The notes: generated by a model not told the origin, from the letters alone. A DNA stretch of 64,000 bases from Nitrospirota bacterium (GCA_963721805.1 CAVRJY010000001.1:992001-1056000), one strand, 5' to 3'; positions 19,997-31,670 are shown, counted from the stretch's first letter. A program made the numbers and translations.

Positions 19997-20941
19997 ATGC
20001 CACGCAGATATAATTCATTCGGTGCGAAGATGAAGTCCCTCTTCGGCGGCTCCGTCTTTAAGGTCAATATCGATGCCGGCTTCACCTGCCCGAATAGAGA
20101 CGGCACCAAAGGCTACACCGGCTGCATCTACTGCAACAACGACAGTTTCAGCCCCGGCGCTTGCTCGCCGAAGCTCTCGATCGCAGAGCAGGTGCAAAAC
20201 GGGATGGCCTATCTCGGACGGCGCTACGGGGCCACGAGGTTCATCGCGTACTTCCAGCCGTACACGAACACGTACGCGCCTGTGGACGAGCTTGAGCGGC
20301 TGTACCGCGAGGCGCTGGCGGTGCCCTCGGTCGTCGGCATCGCGATAGGCACGAGGCCGGACGCGGTCGACCCTGAGAAGCTCGAGATGATCGCGTCGCT
20401 GAAGCAAGAGGGCCGCTTCGTGCTCGTGGAATACGGGCTTCAGTCGGTCTATGAGAAATCACTTAGGTACATGAACCGGGGCCACGGGCTCGCGGAGTTT
20501 CAGGCAGCGGTGGACGCGACCGTGAGCCGGGGGATCGAGGCCGGGGCGCACCTGATAGTCGGGTTCCCGACCGAGACGCGGGCCGAGATGCTCGATATGG
20601 CAGAGGTGATATCGGCTACCGGGATCGGGTTTTTGAAGGTGCATCAGCTGCAGATAGTGCGCGGCACGCCGCTTGCGGACATATACGCCGAGAGCCCGTT
20701 TCAAGTTTTCGCGTACGAAGAATACGTTGAGTTCATCGCGGAGTTCCTCGAGAGGCTTGCGCCGGAGATCGTGATCCAGCGGCTGTTTGCTACAGCGCCG
20801 GATGATATACTGATAGCGCCGCTGTGGGGCCGCTCGCGCCACCAGATGCTCCGCGACATCGAGGCCAAGCTTGAGGCGCGCGAGACCCATCAGGGCAGGC
20901 TCTACAAGCCGCTTGGAAAAGTTACGGTAGGGGAGATATAA
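19997..20941 (+). CDS. TIGR01212/YhcC-family radical SAM protein
   Basis: GFTCPNRDG..GCIYC, YFQPYTNTYA, IGTRPD. Confidence 0.92.
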   Translation: MPRRYNSFGAKMKSLFGGSVFKVNIDAGFTCPNRDGTKGYTGCIYCNNDSFSPGACSPKLSIAEQVQNGMAYLGRRYGATRFIAYFQPYTNTYAPVDELERLYREALAVPSVVGIAIGTRPDAVDPEKLEMIASLKQEGRFVLVEYGLQSVYEKSLRYMNRGHGLAEFQAAVDATVSRGIEAGAHLIVGFPTETRAEMLDMAEVISATGIGFLKVHQLQIVRGTPLADIYAESPFQVFAYEEYVEFIAEFLERLAPEIVIQRLFATAPDDILIAPLWGRSRHQMLRDIEAKLEARETHQGRLYKPLGKVTVGEI

Positions 20942-20947
20942 TCAGCA

Positions 20948-21181
20948 ATGGAGAAAGACGTAGAGAAGATCAGGCAGATCATCGACCGCGTGAAGGTGAA
21001 CTACACCAGGTTCGGGGGCGACGTCGAGTTGCTGCGCGTCGAGGGCGATGTCGTGAAGATCAGGCCCACCGGCTATTGCTATCGGTGACACTCCACTCGC
21101 ATTGGCCTGGTCGAGGCCATAGACGAAGCGGTGAAGGCGGAGTGCCCCTGGGTGAGGATGGTAGGGGTATCAACAGAGTAA
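20948..21181 (+). CDS. Nfu/NifU C-terminal domain protein with in-frame TGA (candidate selenocysteine 47, CxxU)
   Basis: GGDVELLRVEGDVVKIRPTGYCYR(TGA)HSTRIGLVEAIDEAVKAECPWVRMV; SECIS-like hairpin follows. Confidence 0.75.
21089..21133 (+). promoter_or_regulatory. Candidate bacterial SECIS element
   Basis: TGGCCT-GGTCG-AGGCCA stem-loop; the G-started loop begins 20 nt after the TGA; lower pairing CACTCGC/GCGGTG. Confidence 0.6.
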
Positions 21182-21185
21182 GCTG

Positions 21186-22043
21186 CTAGTACGCGAGCAT
21201 CAGCGCGGCCGGGATGGATGTGATCGACGCCGGGCCGCGTCCGAGGTAGTCCCCGTCGATCTGCAGGCGTACGTCCGATTCGATCCCAACCTCGTGGCAC
21301 CTGATCTGGGTCAGCCCCTCCGCGCGCACGCGTGATCCGGTCACGAGCCCCCACGTCAGCCGGGCGATATCGCGGCGCGCCGGGCCGGTGATGAGCGTGG
21401 CGATGAACGAGGGTGAGGCGATGTCGGCCTCGGGCGCGAGCGTGAAGTCGCCGGCGTACTGGCGCGAGTTGCTGATGATCGCGGAGTAGCAGTCGCGGCG
21501 GACTCCGTCGAGGGTGATCGGCATCGGCTGCGGGTGCCAGAGGGCGAGGATGGCCGTCCCGCTGATGATATAGGCGGCCTTGCCGAGCGTTCGCTTGTAG
21601 CTGCCGCGCACGCCATGCACGACCTCGGCGTCATACCCCGCGCCCGCCATCAGGGCGAAGTACCGCGAGGCCCCCTGCAAGGTGATCCTGCCTAGCGCAA
21701 TCGGGCGGGGCGTCCGTGTGAGCGCGGCTTCGAGCGCTGAGGCGGTGTCCATCGGGAGCCCGGCCTCGTACGCGAGCACGTTTGCGGTGCCCATCGCGAC
21801 GATTCCGAGCGGCGTTGCGGAGCCTGCGAGCCCGTTGATGGCCTCGTTGATCGTGCCGTCCCCGCCGCAGGCGATCACGATGCGGCATCCGGCGTTCGCA
21901 GCCTCGCGGGCCATGCGCTCGGCGTCGCCCCGCCGGCCGGTGCTCAGGAGCGTGGCCCCGATGCGGGCCGCCGAGCTTTGGAGGGTGCGCATCCGTGAGG
22001 AGCCGGCCTCGGGATTCGCGATCAGCACTACGTTTGCTTGCAT
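21186..22043 (-). CDS. Diacylglycerol/lipid kinase family (YegS/DagK-like)
   Basis: NPEAG, GGDGTINE, GTANVLA, QIDGD. Confidence 0.9.
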   Translation of the reverse strand: MQANVVLIANPEAGSSRMRTLQSSAARIGATLLSTGRRGDAERMAREAANAGCRIVIACGGDGTINEAINGLAGSATPLGIVAMGTANVLAYEAGLPMDTASALEAALTRTPRPIALGRITLQGASRYFALMAGAGYDAEVVHGVRGSYKRTLGKAAYIISGTAILALWHPQPMPITLDGVRRDCYSAIISNSRQYAGDFTLAPEADIASPSFIATLITGPARRDIARLTWGLVTGSRVRAEGLTQIRCHEVGIESDVRLQIDGDYLGRGPASITSIPAALMLAY

Positions 22044-22140
22044 CCGCTTACTTTACATTACGTCAGGCGGCATTTCAACATTGAGCATGTTTGGTGCTAT
22101 AATATGCCTCCATTAATCCTGTGAAGAGAGGTGCCCTGAG

Positions 22141-23562
22141 ATGAAGCGCTTTTTCGTGATTATGATCATATGCGCGGCGGTTTCATTCGGCTGTTCAGCA
22201 TGGGCAGCCGATGCACCCGCCCCTGTTGCCAATACCCCCGCCGCACCGGTCGCCAACGCGCCAGCGCCGAGTGCCATGGCCCCTGTGGCAGCTGCCGAGG
22301 CGAAGCCTATCACGCTTTCCGAGGCTATCGACACCGCGATCAGGAACCACCCCAGCATCGCCATTGGCGACGAGAACGTGCTCGTGGCCGAAAGCAAGAT
22401 CGGCCAGGCGCGCGCCGGATATCTGCCGCACGTGGACGCCACCGCCAGCTACACCCGCTACGGTTTTCCGGACAGTGTCTCAAGCACCTCCTCCGGGGGC
22501 AGCTCTATTTCGAACAGCCCCTCTATCTCAAACGGCGTATCGGGTAGCAGAAACCCGGCCTTCAACAGCTATTCGGCTGACGTCACGCTCACCCAGACGA
22601 TCTTTGATTTCGGCCGCAACTATATGAATATTCAGATACAGAAGCTCGGGGCCGAGTCGTCCAGGCAGAGCCTCGCGGACACGGTCTCTCAGATCGTGCT
22701 CGGCGTAAAGCAGGCCTATATCAATGCCGAGCTCGCGCAGCGGCAGGAGGCCGTGGCGCGTGACGTGGTAGCTCAGATGGAGCAGCACCTCGCACAGGCC
22801 AGCAAGTTTTTCGAGGTCGGCCTCAAGCCGCGCTTTGACGTAACCACGGCCGAGGCTAACCTGAGTTCCGCCAAACTCGATCTGATAAAGGCGGAAAACG
22901 CCACGAGCTTCGCGATGGTCACTTTAAACGTGAACATGGGCACTGCGGAAGATACGGTCTATAATCTCGAAGACGTCCTGAAATATGACGGGGCCGAGAC
23001 CAGGATCCAGGACTCGCTCGATCTGGCATACGCCAACAGGGCTGACCTGCGATCCCTCGAGCTGCAGTATGATGCCGCAAAGCGCGCCGTGACCGCGGTC
23101 AAGCTGGACTTCCTGCCTACCATCAACGGCAGCGCCACCTACAGGAATTACGGCGCCGACACGCCGCTTAAGAACCACGAATGGATCGCTGGCGTCACGG
23201 CTACGATGAACATCCTGAGCGGCGGGCTCACCTGGTATCAGATAGATCAGGCCAAGGCCACGCGCGACGCGCTGCGCGAGAACGTCAGGCTCGTAAAGCA
23301 GCAGATTTACCTGGCGGTGCAGCAGGCGTGGCTCGGGGTCATGAACGCTGCCAAGGGCGTCCCCGCGGCCGAGCTCTCGCTCAAGGCCTCCAAGGAGAAC
23401 CTCGACATCGCTGTCGGCCGCTATGATGCCGGAGTGGGAAGCCCGGTCGAGGTTACGGATGCGCAGATAAGCTACAAGGACGCCCAGCTGGCGCTGCTGC
23501 AGACCCTGGCCGACTACAAGAATTCTCAGGCGAGTCTCTCTCGCGCCGTCGGGGGGAAATAG
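22141..23562 (+). CDS. TolC-family outer membrane efflux protein
   Basis: Signal peptide, two OEP repeats, RYDAG. Confidence 0.9.
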   Translation: MKRFFVIMIICAAVSFGCSAWAADAPAPVANTPAAPVANAPAPSAMAPVAAAEAKPITLSEAIDTAIRNHPSIAIGDENVLVAESKIGQARAGYLPHVDATASYTRYGFPDSVSSTSSGGSSISNSPSISNGVSGSRNPAFNSYSADVTLTQTIFDFGRNYMNIQIQKLGAESSRQSLADTVSQIVLGVKQAYINAELAQRQEAVARDVVAQMEQHLAQASKFFEVGLKPRFDVTTAEANLSSAKLDLIKAENATSFAMVTLNVNMGTAEDTVYNLEDVLKYDGAETRIQDSLDLAYANRADLRSLELQYDAAKRAVTAVKLDFLPTINGSATYRNYGADTPLKNHEWIAGVTATMNILSGGLTWYQIDQAKATRDALRENVRLVKQQIYLAVQQAWLGVMNAAKGVPAAELSLKASKENLDIAVGRYDAGVGSPVEVTDAQISYKDAQLALLQTLADYKNSQASLSRAVGGK

Positions 23563-24735
23563 TTGCGATCTATAATTGTCGCTTCAATAGCAGCCTTGTT
23601 TATGACGTTTGCGGTAGCGGGATGCAAGGGCAAGCAGGAGATGAAGCCGCCGGAGCGCGTCGTCGCGATAATGGCGGCAAACGCCGTCACCCGCGATATG
23701 CCGCAAGAGCTTGACGCCATCGGACAGGTCGAGGCCTCGGCCACGGTCTCGGTGCGCCCTCTCATCGGGGGACTGGTGCAGAAGGTCCATTTCAGGGAGG
23801 GCCAGGACGTCCGCAAGGGCGACATGCTCGTGACCATCGACCCGCGTCCCAACGAGATCGCGGTGCAGCAGGCAGAGGCCGCGCTCGCGCGCGATATCGC
23901 CCAGCGCGACAAGGCCGCGACGGACGACCTGAGATACAAGACGCTGCTTGCAAACGGCTTCGTCTCGCAGTCGGACTACGACCAGGCCCACGTTACGCTC
24001 TCGACGCTCGATGCCGCGATCAAGGCCGATCAGGCCGCGATTAACCTCGCTAAGCTCAACCTCACATACTGTTACATCCATGCGCCCGAGAGCGGCCGCA
24101 CCGGCGCGCAGCTCGTCTACGAGGGCACGCTCCTGAAGGCGAGCGACGACCAGGCGGTCGTGGTCATCCAGTCCATCGAGCCGGTGTACGTCGATTTCGC
24201 GCTCCCGGAGCTTTATCTCGCGACGCTGCGCGACAGGTTCAAAGGCGGGGGCCTTACGGTCATGGCGATTTCGACCAACGGCTCTTTCAAGCCCATGGCG
24301 GGCAAGGTCACGTTCCTTGACAACACGGTGGACCGCCCAACGGGCACGATAAAGATGAAGGCCATGTTCCAAAACTCAGACCGCACGCTCTGGCCGGCGC
24401 AATTCGTGGACATATCGCTTACGCTCTCTACCATAAAGGATGCGGTCGCCGTACCTTCCGAGGCCGTGCAGACCGGCCAGAAGGGCGAATACGTCTTCGT
24501 CATAAAACCCACGGACATGACGGCCGAGATGAGGCAGATCAAGACCGGCCCCTCGAGCGGCGGGATGACCGCCATACTGAGCGGCGTGGCCTCCGGCGAG
24601 ACGGTCGTGACCGACGGACAGCTGCGGCTCACGCCCGGCGTCAAGGTAGCATTCAAAAACCCAAACGAGGCAAAGCCCGCCGCGCCCGCGGACACATACG
24701 GCGGGCAGCAGAAACTGGGCGGCCCGGCTAAGTGA
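23563..24735 (+). CDS. RND membrane fusion protein (MdtA-like)
   Basis: Lipobox VAGC, HFREGQDVRKGD, DNTVDRPTGTI. Confidence 0.9.
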   Translation: MRSIIVASIAALFMTFAVAGCKGKQEMKPPERVVAIMAANAVTRDMPQELDAIGQVEASATVSVRPLIGGLVQKVHFREGQDVRKGDMLVTIDPRPNEIAVQQAEAALARDIAQRDKAATDDLRYKTLLANGFVSQSDYDQAHVTLSTLDAAIKADQAAINLAKLNLTYCYIHAPESGRTGAQLVYEGTLLKASDDQAVVVIQSIEPVYVDFALPELYLATLRDRFKGGGLTVMAISTNGSFKPMAGKVTFLDNTVDRPTGTIKMKAMFQNSDRTLWPAQFVDISLTLSTIKDAVAVPSEAVQTGQKGEYVFVIKPTDMTAEMRQIKTGPSSGGMTAILSGVASGETVVTDGQLRLTPGVKVAFKNPNEAKPAAPADTYGGQQKLGGPAK

Positions 24736-27700
24736 GCATCCCAGAGCTTTTCATCCGTCGTCCGGTCATGACGACGCTCGTCATGGCCGCGATACTGATA
24801 TTCGGCATCGTGGCCTACCAGAAGCTCCCGGTCAGCGACCTGCCGAACGTCGACTTCCCGACCATACTGGTCTCGGCCACGCTGCCGGGCGCGAGCCCCG
24901 AGACGATGGCCTCGGCCGTGGCCACGCCGCTTGAGAAGCAGTTTTCGACCATAGCCGGCGTGGACTCGATGAGTTCCACCAACACGCTCGGCATAACAAG
25001 CATAACGCTGGTCTTCAAGCTGGAGCGTAATATCGACGCGGCGGCGCAAGACGTGCAGGCCATGATAGCGAAGGCCGCCAAGGACCTGCCGCCTACGATG
25101 ACTACCCCGCCTTCGTTTCAGAAGGTCAACCCCGCAGACCAGCCGATACTTTACGTTTCGCTCACCTCGCCCACGCTGCCCCTATATCAGGTCGACGAGT
25201 ACGTCGACACCCTGATCTCGCCCCGGATATCGACCCTGCCGGGCGTGGCCCAGGTGCAGATCTTCGGGGAGCAGAAGTACGCGGTGCGGGTGCAGGTGGA
25301 CCCCAACGCCCTGGCTACGCGGGGCATAGCCATGGGCGACGTAGTGGACGCGGTCGCCAACGCGAACGTGAACCTCCCGACCGGCGTGCTCTGGGGCTCC
25401 GACAAGGCCTTCGTCGTGCAGGCGACGGGGCAGCTCCCTAATGCGGCGGCCTTCAGAAATGTCATAGTCTCGTACCAAAACGGGATGCCGGTGAGGCTGG
25501 GCGATATAGGCACCGTGCTCGACACGGTCGAAAACAACAAGATCGCGGCCTGGCGCGAGGACACGCGCGCGGTAGTGCTCGCGATCCTCAAGCAGCCCGG
25601 CACCAATACGGTCGAGATCGTCGACTCGATCCGCAAGCTGCTGCCGCAGTTCGAGGAGAAGCTCCCGGCCTCGGTCAAGCTCGGCATACTGTACGACAGG
25701 TCGATCTCGATCAGGGCCTCGGTGCATGACGTGAAATTCACGCTGATCCTCAGCGTCTGCCTCGTCGTGCTCGTCATATTCATGTTCCTTAGAAACGTAT
25801 CGGCCACGCTCATCCCGGCCATGGCGCTGCCGATGGCCATCGTGGGCTCGTTCACGGCGATGTACCTGCTGGGGTTCAGCGTCGACAACTTCTCGCTGAT
25901 GGCGCTGACGCTCTCGGTCGGTTTCGTCGTGGACGACGCCATCGTGATGCTCGAGAACATCGTGCGCCACATGGAGCACGGAGAGCCGGTCATGGAGGCC
26001 TCGTTCAAGGGCTCGCGCGAGATCGGCTTCACGATCATGTCGATGACTCTCTCGCTCGTCGCGGTCTTCCTGCCGGTGCTGTTCATGGGAGGCGTCATCG
26101 GGCGGCTTCTCAACGAGTTTGCGATCACGATCAGCATGTCGATCCTCGTCTCCGGGTTCGTATCGCTGAGCCTCACGCCGATGCTCTGCAGCCGGTTCCT
26201 GAAGGCCCATGTGGCAAACGAGAAGCACGGTGTCATATATAATGTGCTCGAGCGCGGGTTTCAGGCCCTGGTGCACGCCTACGAGTCGACCCTGAGGCTC
26301 GCGATGAAGCACCGCCTAATCGTGCTCATCGTATCGCTCGTGATGCTGGTGGTAACGGTTTATCTCTTCGAGGTCATGCCCAAGGGCTTCCTGCCCAACG
26401 AGGACACCGGCCAGATATTCGCGGTGACCGAGGCCCAGCAGGGCATCTCGTTCGACGCGATGGTGACGCACCAGAAGGCGCTTGCCAATATAGTCATGGC
26501 GGACCCGAACGTCGTGACCTTCATGTCCGCGGTCGGGCCGGCGGGCCTAGTTCCTCCAACAACCAGGGCAGGATGTTCTTGCTGCTTAAGCCGCCGAAGG
26601 AGCGCAAGATCACCGCGGACCAGATCATACAGGAACTCAGGCCGAAGCTCGCGCAGGTCCCGGGCATATCGGCATACATGCAGGTGCTGCCGCCGATACG
26701 CCTCGGGGGCATGCTCACCCAGAGCCAGTACCAGTATACGATACAGGGCTCGGATACAGACGAGCTGTACAAGGCCTCCGACGCGATGCTTGAAAAGCTC
26801 AGGGGGATCCCGATGCTTCAGGACGTCGCGACGGACCTCCAGATCAAGAACCCGCAGGTGACGGTGCACATCAACAGAGACCGCGCCTCGTCGCTGGGCA
26901 TATCGGCAGGGGCCATCGAGGAGACGCTATACAGCGCGTACGGCACGCGGCTGGCCTCTACGATCTACGCCCCGCAAAACGAGTACAGCGTGTTCGTGGA
27001 GGTCCTGCCCCAGTACCAGATGGATCCCGCAGTGCTCTCCAACCTGTACGTGCGTTCCTCATCCGGCGGGCTCGTGCCGCTGGGGACGCTCGCGGAACTC
27101 AAAAACGAGATAGGCCCGGCGTCCGTGCACCACCTGGGGCAGCTCCCGGCCGTCACGCTCTCGTTTAACATCAAGGAGGGCACGGCCCTGAGCCAGGCCG
27201 TGACCGCGGTCGAGGCCGCTGCGCGCTCGACGCTGCCCGCTACGGTGACCGGCAGCTTCCAGGGCACGGCGCAGGCGTTTCAGGGCTCGCAGCAGGGCCT
27301 GCTCCTGCTGCTGATAATGGCGATCTTCGTCATATACCTCGTGCTCGGCATCCTGTATGAGAGCTTCGTGCACCCGGTCACGATTCTCTCGGGCCTGCCC
27401 TCGGCCGGGTTCGGCGCGCTCGTCACGCTGATGCTCTTCGGCCGCGACCTGAACCTTTACGGCTTCGTGGGCGTGATACTGCTGGTCGGCATCGTGAAAA
27501 AGAACTCGATCATGATGATCGACTTCGCCATAGAGGTCCAGCGCCACGAGGGCCTGAGCGCCATGGAGTCCATCGTCAAGGGCTGCCTCATCAGGTTCAG
27601 GCCTATCATGATGACCACGATGGCCGCGTTCGCGGGCACGATGCCGATCGCGCTCGGGGTCGGCTCCGGCGGCACATCAAGGCAGACGCTCGGCCTCGCG

Positions 27701-27823
27701 GTCGTGGGCGGGCTGATGTTCTCGCAATTGCTGACGCTCTTCGTGACGCCTGTCGTCTATACCTATCTCGACGCCTTCAGGGTATGGGTCTCCGGAAGCA
27801 AGGCGGAGGCGACTAAAGGGTAG
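24732..27823 (+). CDS. RND efflux permease (MdtB/MdtC-like), frameshift near 26540
   Basis: FIRRPV, DLPNVDFPTI, GFVVDDAIV, GIVKKNSI, RFRPIMMTT across two frames. Confidence 0.9.
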
Positions 27824-27832
27824 GGCTGCCGC

Positions 27833-28663
27833 CTATCTCGCGGCTATAGCGTCAAGCAGGGCCCGGCGCATAACGTCTACCGGGGCCTTCGTGCCGGTCC
27901 ACAGCTCAAACGCGAGCGCGCCCTGCCACAGCAGCATCCCCGTGCCGTCGAAGGTCTTAAGCCCCATCTTAGAGGCAGCCTCAAGCAGTGGGGTCTGCTT
28001 GTAAATCAAGTCGCCTACGACCTGCCCGGGCCTGAGCAGCGCGGGGTCCAGCGGAAGCTCGTCGCCCGGCCTGAGCCCGAGCGAGGTCGCATTGAGTATC
28101 AAGTCGAATCCCGAGAGGTCGTCGAGGGTTTCCATGTATGAGGCCACCTGCCTCACCGAGTTCAGCTCGTCGGCGAGCCGGGCGGACTTCTCCTCGGTGC
28201 GGTTATAGATCTCAAGCGATCCCGCCTTGCGCACAAGCTTATAGCCTATGCCGCGAGCCGCGCCACCTGCGCCCACGATCAGGACGCGCTTGTCCGCTAC
28301 GTCGATGTCGAGTTCCGCCAGGCTACGCATGAAGCCGTCACCGTCGGTGTTGAAGCCGTGCAGGCGTCCCTTGCGGTTTACTATCGTGTTTACCGCGCCG
28401 ATCTCGTTTGCGGTCGAGTCGATATTTTCAAGGTGCTCCATGACCGCCTGCTTGTGAGGGACGGTCACGTTGCAGCCCGCGAGGCCGAGCGCCCTGATGC
28501 CCTCCATGGCCTCGTTCATGGCCGCCGGCTCTACGTCGAACGTCACGTAGCAGAAGTCCTGCCCTGAGGCTCCAAACGCCGCGTTCTGCATCGCGGGCGA
28601 GAGGCTGTGTCCTACCGGATGGCCCAGAAGTGCGATCACCTTTGTGCTGCCGCTGATATTCAT
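27833..28663 (-). CDS. aroE: Shikimate dehydrogenase
   Basis: HSLSPAMQN, NVTVPHK, NTDGDG, GAGGAA. Confidence 0.93.
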   Translation of the reverse strand: MNISGSTKVIALLGHPVGHSLSPAMQNAAFGASGQDFCYVTFDVEPAAMNEAMEGIRALGLAGCNVTVPHKQAVMEHLENIDSTANEIGAVNTIVNRKGRLHGFNTDGDGFMRSLAELDIDVADKRVLIVGAGGAARGIGYKLVRKAGSLEIYNRTEEKSARLADELNSVRQVASYMETLDDLSGFDLILNATSLGLRPGDELPLDPALLRPGQVVGDLIYKQTPLLEAASKMGLKTFDGTGMLLWQGALAFELWTGTKAPVDVMRRALLDAIAAR

Positions 28664-29947
28664 TTGCGCGATATCCCCTCTATGAGCCCCATCGGTGTGG
28701 GTTCTATTATAACGGTTTCGATCCCGCCGAGCGCGCGCCCTATCTCGGCGAACGGTCATGTCGTCAAGCAGCACCTCCTCGCCCTCGCGCAATACCACGG
28801 AGGGGACGAGCAGCCTGTCATAGTTGCCCGCGATATCTCTGAGCGCCGAGACGATGTCGCGTCCGGTGAGCAGCCCGGTCACGGTCACGGACTCGCCGAA
28901 CATATGGTTCTCGACCGCCTGCGCATCTATCTCTACGCCCTTCTTGCGCAGCCGCTTGATGAAGGGCATGAGGTATGGGTGAAACGATACGCCCGTGAAC
29001 GTGAGTATTCGCCTGCTGTCGTCGTGAGTGCCCATCAGCCTGATCGAGCGCGCCTCTGATCTGAATTGCGGCACGAGCCCCACGCCGTTTTCGATCTGGG
29101 GCAGGTCGGCGTACATCTCTATCTGCGGGAACTCGCGAGCCGCCTTGATGTAAAGTTCGTCCGCGCCGTATACGACCGGGATGCCGTGCCTCTTTATCAT
29201 CCGCTGCTGGACGCCCTCGATCATATCGAGCGCGTCGGCGGCGTCATCCGCAGTGACAGGCTTGAGCGCTACCTTGCGATGGGTAGTGAGCCCCACCGGC
29301 ACCACGGCGACAGACTCCACCCACGGGTGCAGGGCAGTCAGATCGCGCAGCGTCTGCCTGAGTACCTTGCGGTCGTTGTACCCGGGGCACAGCACGATCT
29401 GCGTGTGCATCGCGATCCGGTTTTTTGCGAAGAACCTAAGCGGCCCCATAACGTCTTCGGCCTTCGGGTTTCCGAGCAGGACTCTTCGCACCTCGGTGTC
29501 CGTGGCGTGCACCGAGATATACAGAGGGCTCAGCCGTTGCTCGATGATGCGGCTCATCTCCTTGGGGCCCATGTTCGTGAGCGTGACGTAATTGCCGTAG
29601 AGGAAGGACATGCGGTAGTCCTCGTCCTTGACGTAAAGCGTGCGCCTCAATCCGCGAGGGAGCTGGCCTACGAAGCAGAACACGCACTTGTTCGTGCAGG
29701 TGCGGATGCGGAACTCCTCCAGCTCGATCCCCGGGTCCTCGCCCTCGTCGAGTTCGAGAGTGAGTTTCATGGTCTGTCCCTCGCGGCTGATCTCAAGCGT
29801 AAGAGGGCTCCCGGAGGCATGGAACATATAGTCGATTGCGTCGCGCACCGGATCGCCGTTAATGCGCTTAAGCAGGTCGCCGGGCCGAATACCCGCGCGC
29901 CATGCCGGGCCGCCCTTCGCGACCGCCTCGATGCGTGGGGCGGCCAT
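28660..29947 (-). CDS. PDZ + DUF512 putative Fe-S oxidoreductase; frameshift near 28752 makes it look fused to aroE
   Basis: CTNKCVFCF, KDEDYRMSF, QIENGVG; corrected frame ends AEIGRALGG..GISRK* overlapping the aroE ATG. Confidence 0.85.
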
Positions 29948-31015
29948 TAAGGTATGTTGAAGGGCAGGGTCTTGAACTTCAGCGTCAGCCCGAGCTTCTT
30001 ATAGCAGGCCGCTGACTTCTTCTCGCCCTTGATGGTCGAGATCAGCGCGATTGCGTGGCAGTGCTCGACGCCGAAGCTGTTGGTAGCGGCGTCTTCGGCC
30101 GCGGCCTCGAGTGTCTTGAGCGCGGCCGCGCTCTTCCCGGCCATCGCTTGAATCTCTCCCTTGCATAGGCCGCAGTATATGATCCCGCGCGGGTCGCGGG
30201 TCTTCTTGAAGAGTTTTAAGCGCCTCGGCGAAGTACGGGACAGCCTTTTTATTTTCGCCGAGCATCATGTGGGTCTTCCCGAGGCTCCACTGCGTGTAAG
30301 CGCTGCTTACGATATCGCCGATACGTTTATATAGTACGAGCGCCTTCTTGAAGTGCCCGAGCGCTTCTTTGTATTCGCCCTGCATCCTCATCGCATTTCC
30401 CATGCCGCAGTGCGAATAGGCGATGCCGAACGTGTCTTTGAGTATCGAGAAGAGCTCGTTGGCCTCGGTGTAGTACTTAAGCGAGTTCGCGAACGCGCCC
30501 TTCACCCTGCTGGTTCCGCCCATGCCGCACAGCGCATAGCCCATGCCGGGCATGTCGCCCATCTTCTCGAACGCCTTCTTGGCCTGCTTGAATGCGTTGA
30601 TCGCCGAGGGTATCTCGCCCTGAATCCTCAGGGCCCCGGCCTCGGCCCAGAGGCAGAACGCCGCGCCTTCCTCGTCCCCGCGCCTGGCGTACGTGTCAAA
30701 CGCCTGCTTAAAAAGCATGCGCGCTGATTTCCAGTCGCCCAAACCCCGCTTCGAGAGCCCGAGGCCGACCATCGCGTCTGTCATCGTCTGGCCGTCTTTT
30801 AGAGAGTCGGCGAGGTCTATGGCCTCATCATACGCGTCGGCCGCGGCGACGAAATCCCCGGTCATGCGGTTCGTGTCCCCGAGCGCCATCAGGCACTCTA
30901 GGCGCGTCGCGCCGGACTCGGTTTTTTTGAGCGCGCGGCGTATCACGCTTACCGCCTCTTTGTATTGGGACTTCTGCCGGAGGGTCTCCGCAAGTTCGAG
31001 CATTGAATTAGGCAT
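29947..31015 (-). CDS. TPR protein, frameshift near 30212
   Basis: Repeated ~40-aa TPR-like units; C-terminal segment continues in the adjacent frame. Confidence 0.75.
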
Positions 31016-31670
31016 TGGATGATATCTCCCTGATTTTATTGACAACTCCCTTATAGTCGCCCGAGCCGTAGAAGGCCGAGCCCATCACGAGCGTATCCGC
31101 GCCCGCGCCGATGACCTCGGCCGCGTTTGAGGTCTTCACCCCGCCGTCGACCTCGAGCAGGGCCTTCGAGCCTATAGCGTCGAGCATCGCCCGCAGCTCG
31201 CGAATCTTGGCCGTGCTCCCGGGTATGTAGCCCTGTCCGCCGAAGCCGGGGTTTACGGACATCAGCACTACGATATCCACGTCTCGGAGTACGTGCTTTA
31301 TCGCCTCAAGCGGCGTGGCCGGGTTGAGCGCGACTCCGGGCTTCGCGCCGCGTTCCCTGATCTGCTGCACCGCGCGGTGCAGGTGAACGGTGGCCTCGGC
31401 GTGCACTACGAGGTAGTCCGCACCTACCTTTATGAACTCCTCGATATACCGCTCGGGCTGCACTATCATAAGGTGCACGTCGAGCGGGAGCTTCGTGGCC
31501 CTGCGAGCGGCCTCGACGATCAGCGGGCCTATCGTGATGTTCGGCACGAACATGCCGTCCATGACGTCTATGTGGATGAGGTCGGCCCCGGCGTCCTCGG
31601 CCGCCTTGATCTGCTCGCCGAGGCGCGTGAAGTCAGCGCTCAGTATCGATGGTGCGATCTTAACGTCCAT
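31008..31670 (-). CDS. rpe: Ribulose-phosphate 3-epimerase
   Basis: IAPSILSADF, HIDVMDG, MSVNPGFGGQ, EVDGG. Confidence 0.97.
   Translation of the reverse strand: MDVKIAPSILSADFTRLGEQIKAAEDAGADLIHIDVMDGMFVPNITIGPLIVEAARRATKLPLDVHLMIVQPERYIEEFIKVGADYLVVHAEATVHLHRAVQQIRERGAKPGVALNPATPLEAIKHVLRDVDIVVLMSVNPGFGGQGYIPGSTAKIRELRAMLDAIGSKALLEVDGGVKTSNAAEVIGAGADTLVMGSAFYGSGDYKGVVNKIREISSNA

Noticed and set aside
19374..20018. Several overlapping short ORFs upstream of the radical SAM gene
   Set aside because: No RBS or recognisable motifs; they run through the repeat elements.
27833..29947. 704-aa DUF512-AroE fusion in the ORF track
   Set aside because: The linker is Arg-rich off-frame text; removing one base near 28752 gives a normal DUF512 C-terminus whose stop overlaps the aroE ATG.
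4340..30220. Programmed frameshifting or mass pseudogenisation
   Set aside because: Isolated single-base indels in unrelated genes, with no slippery-site pattern or nonsense decay, fit assembly error better.
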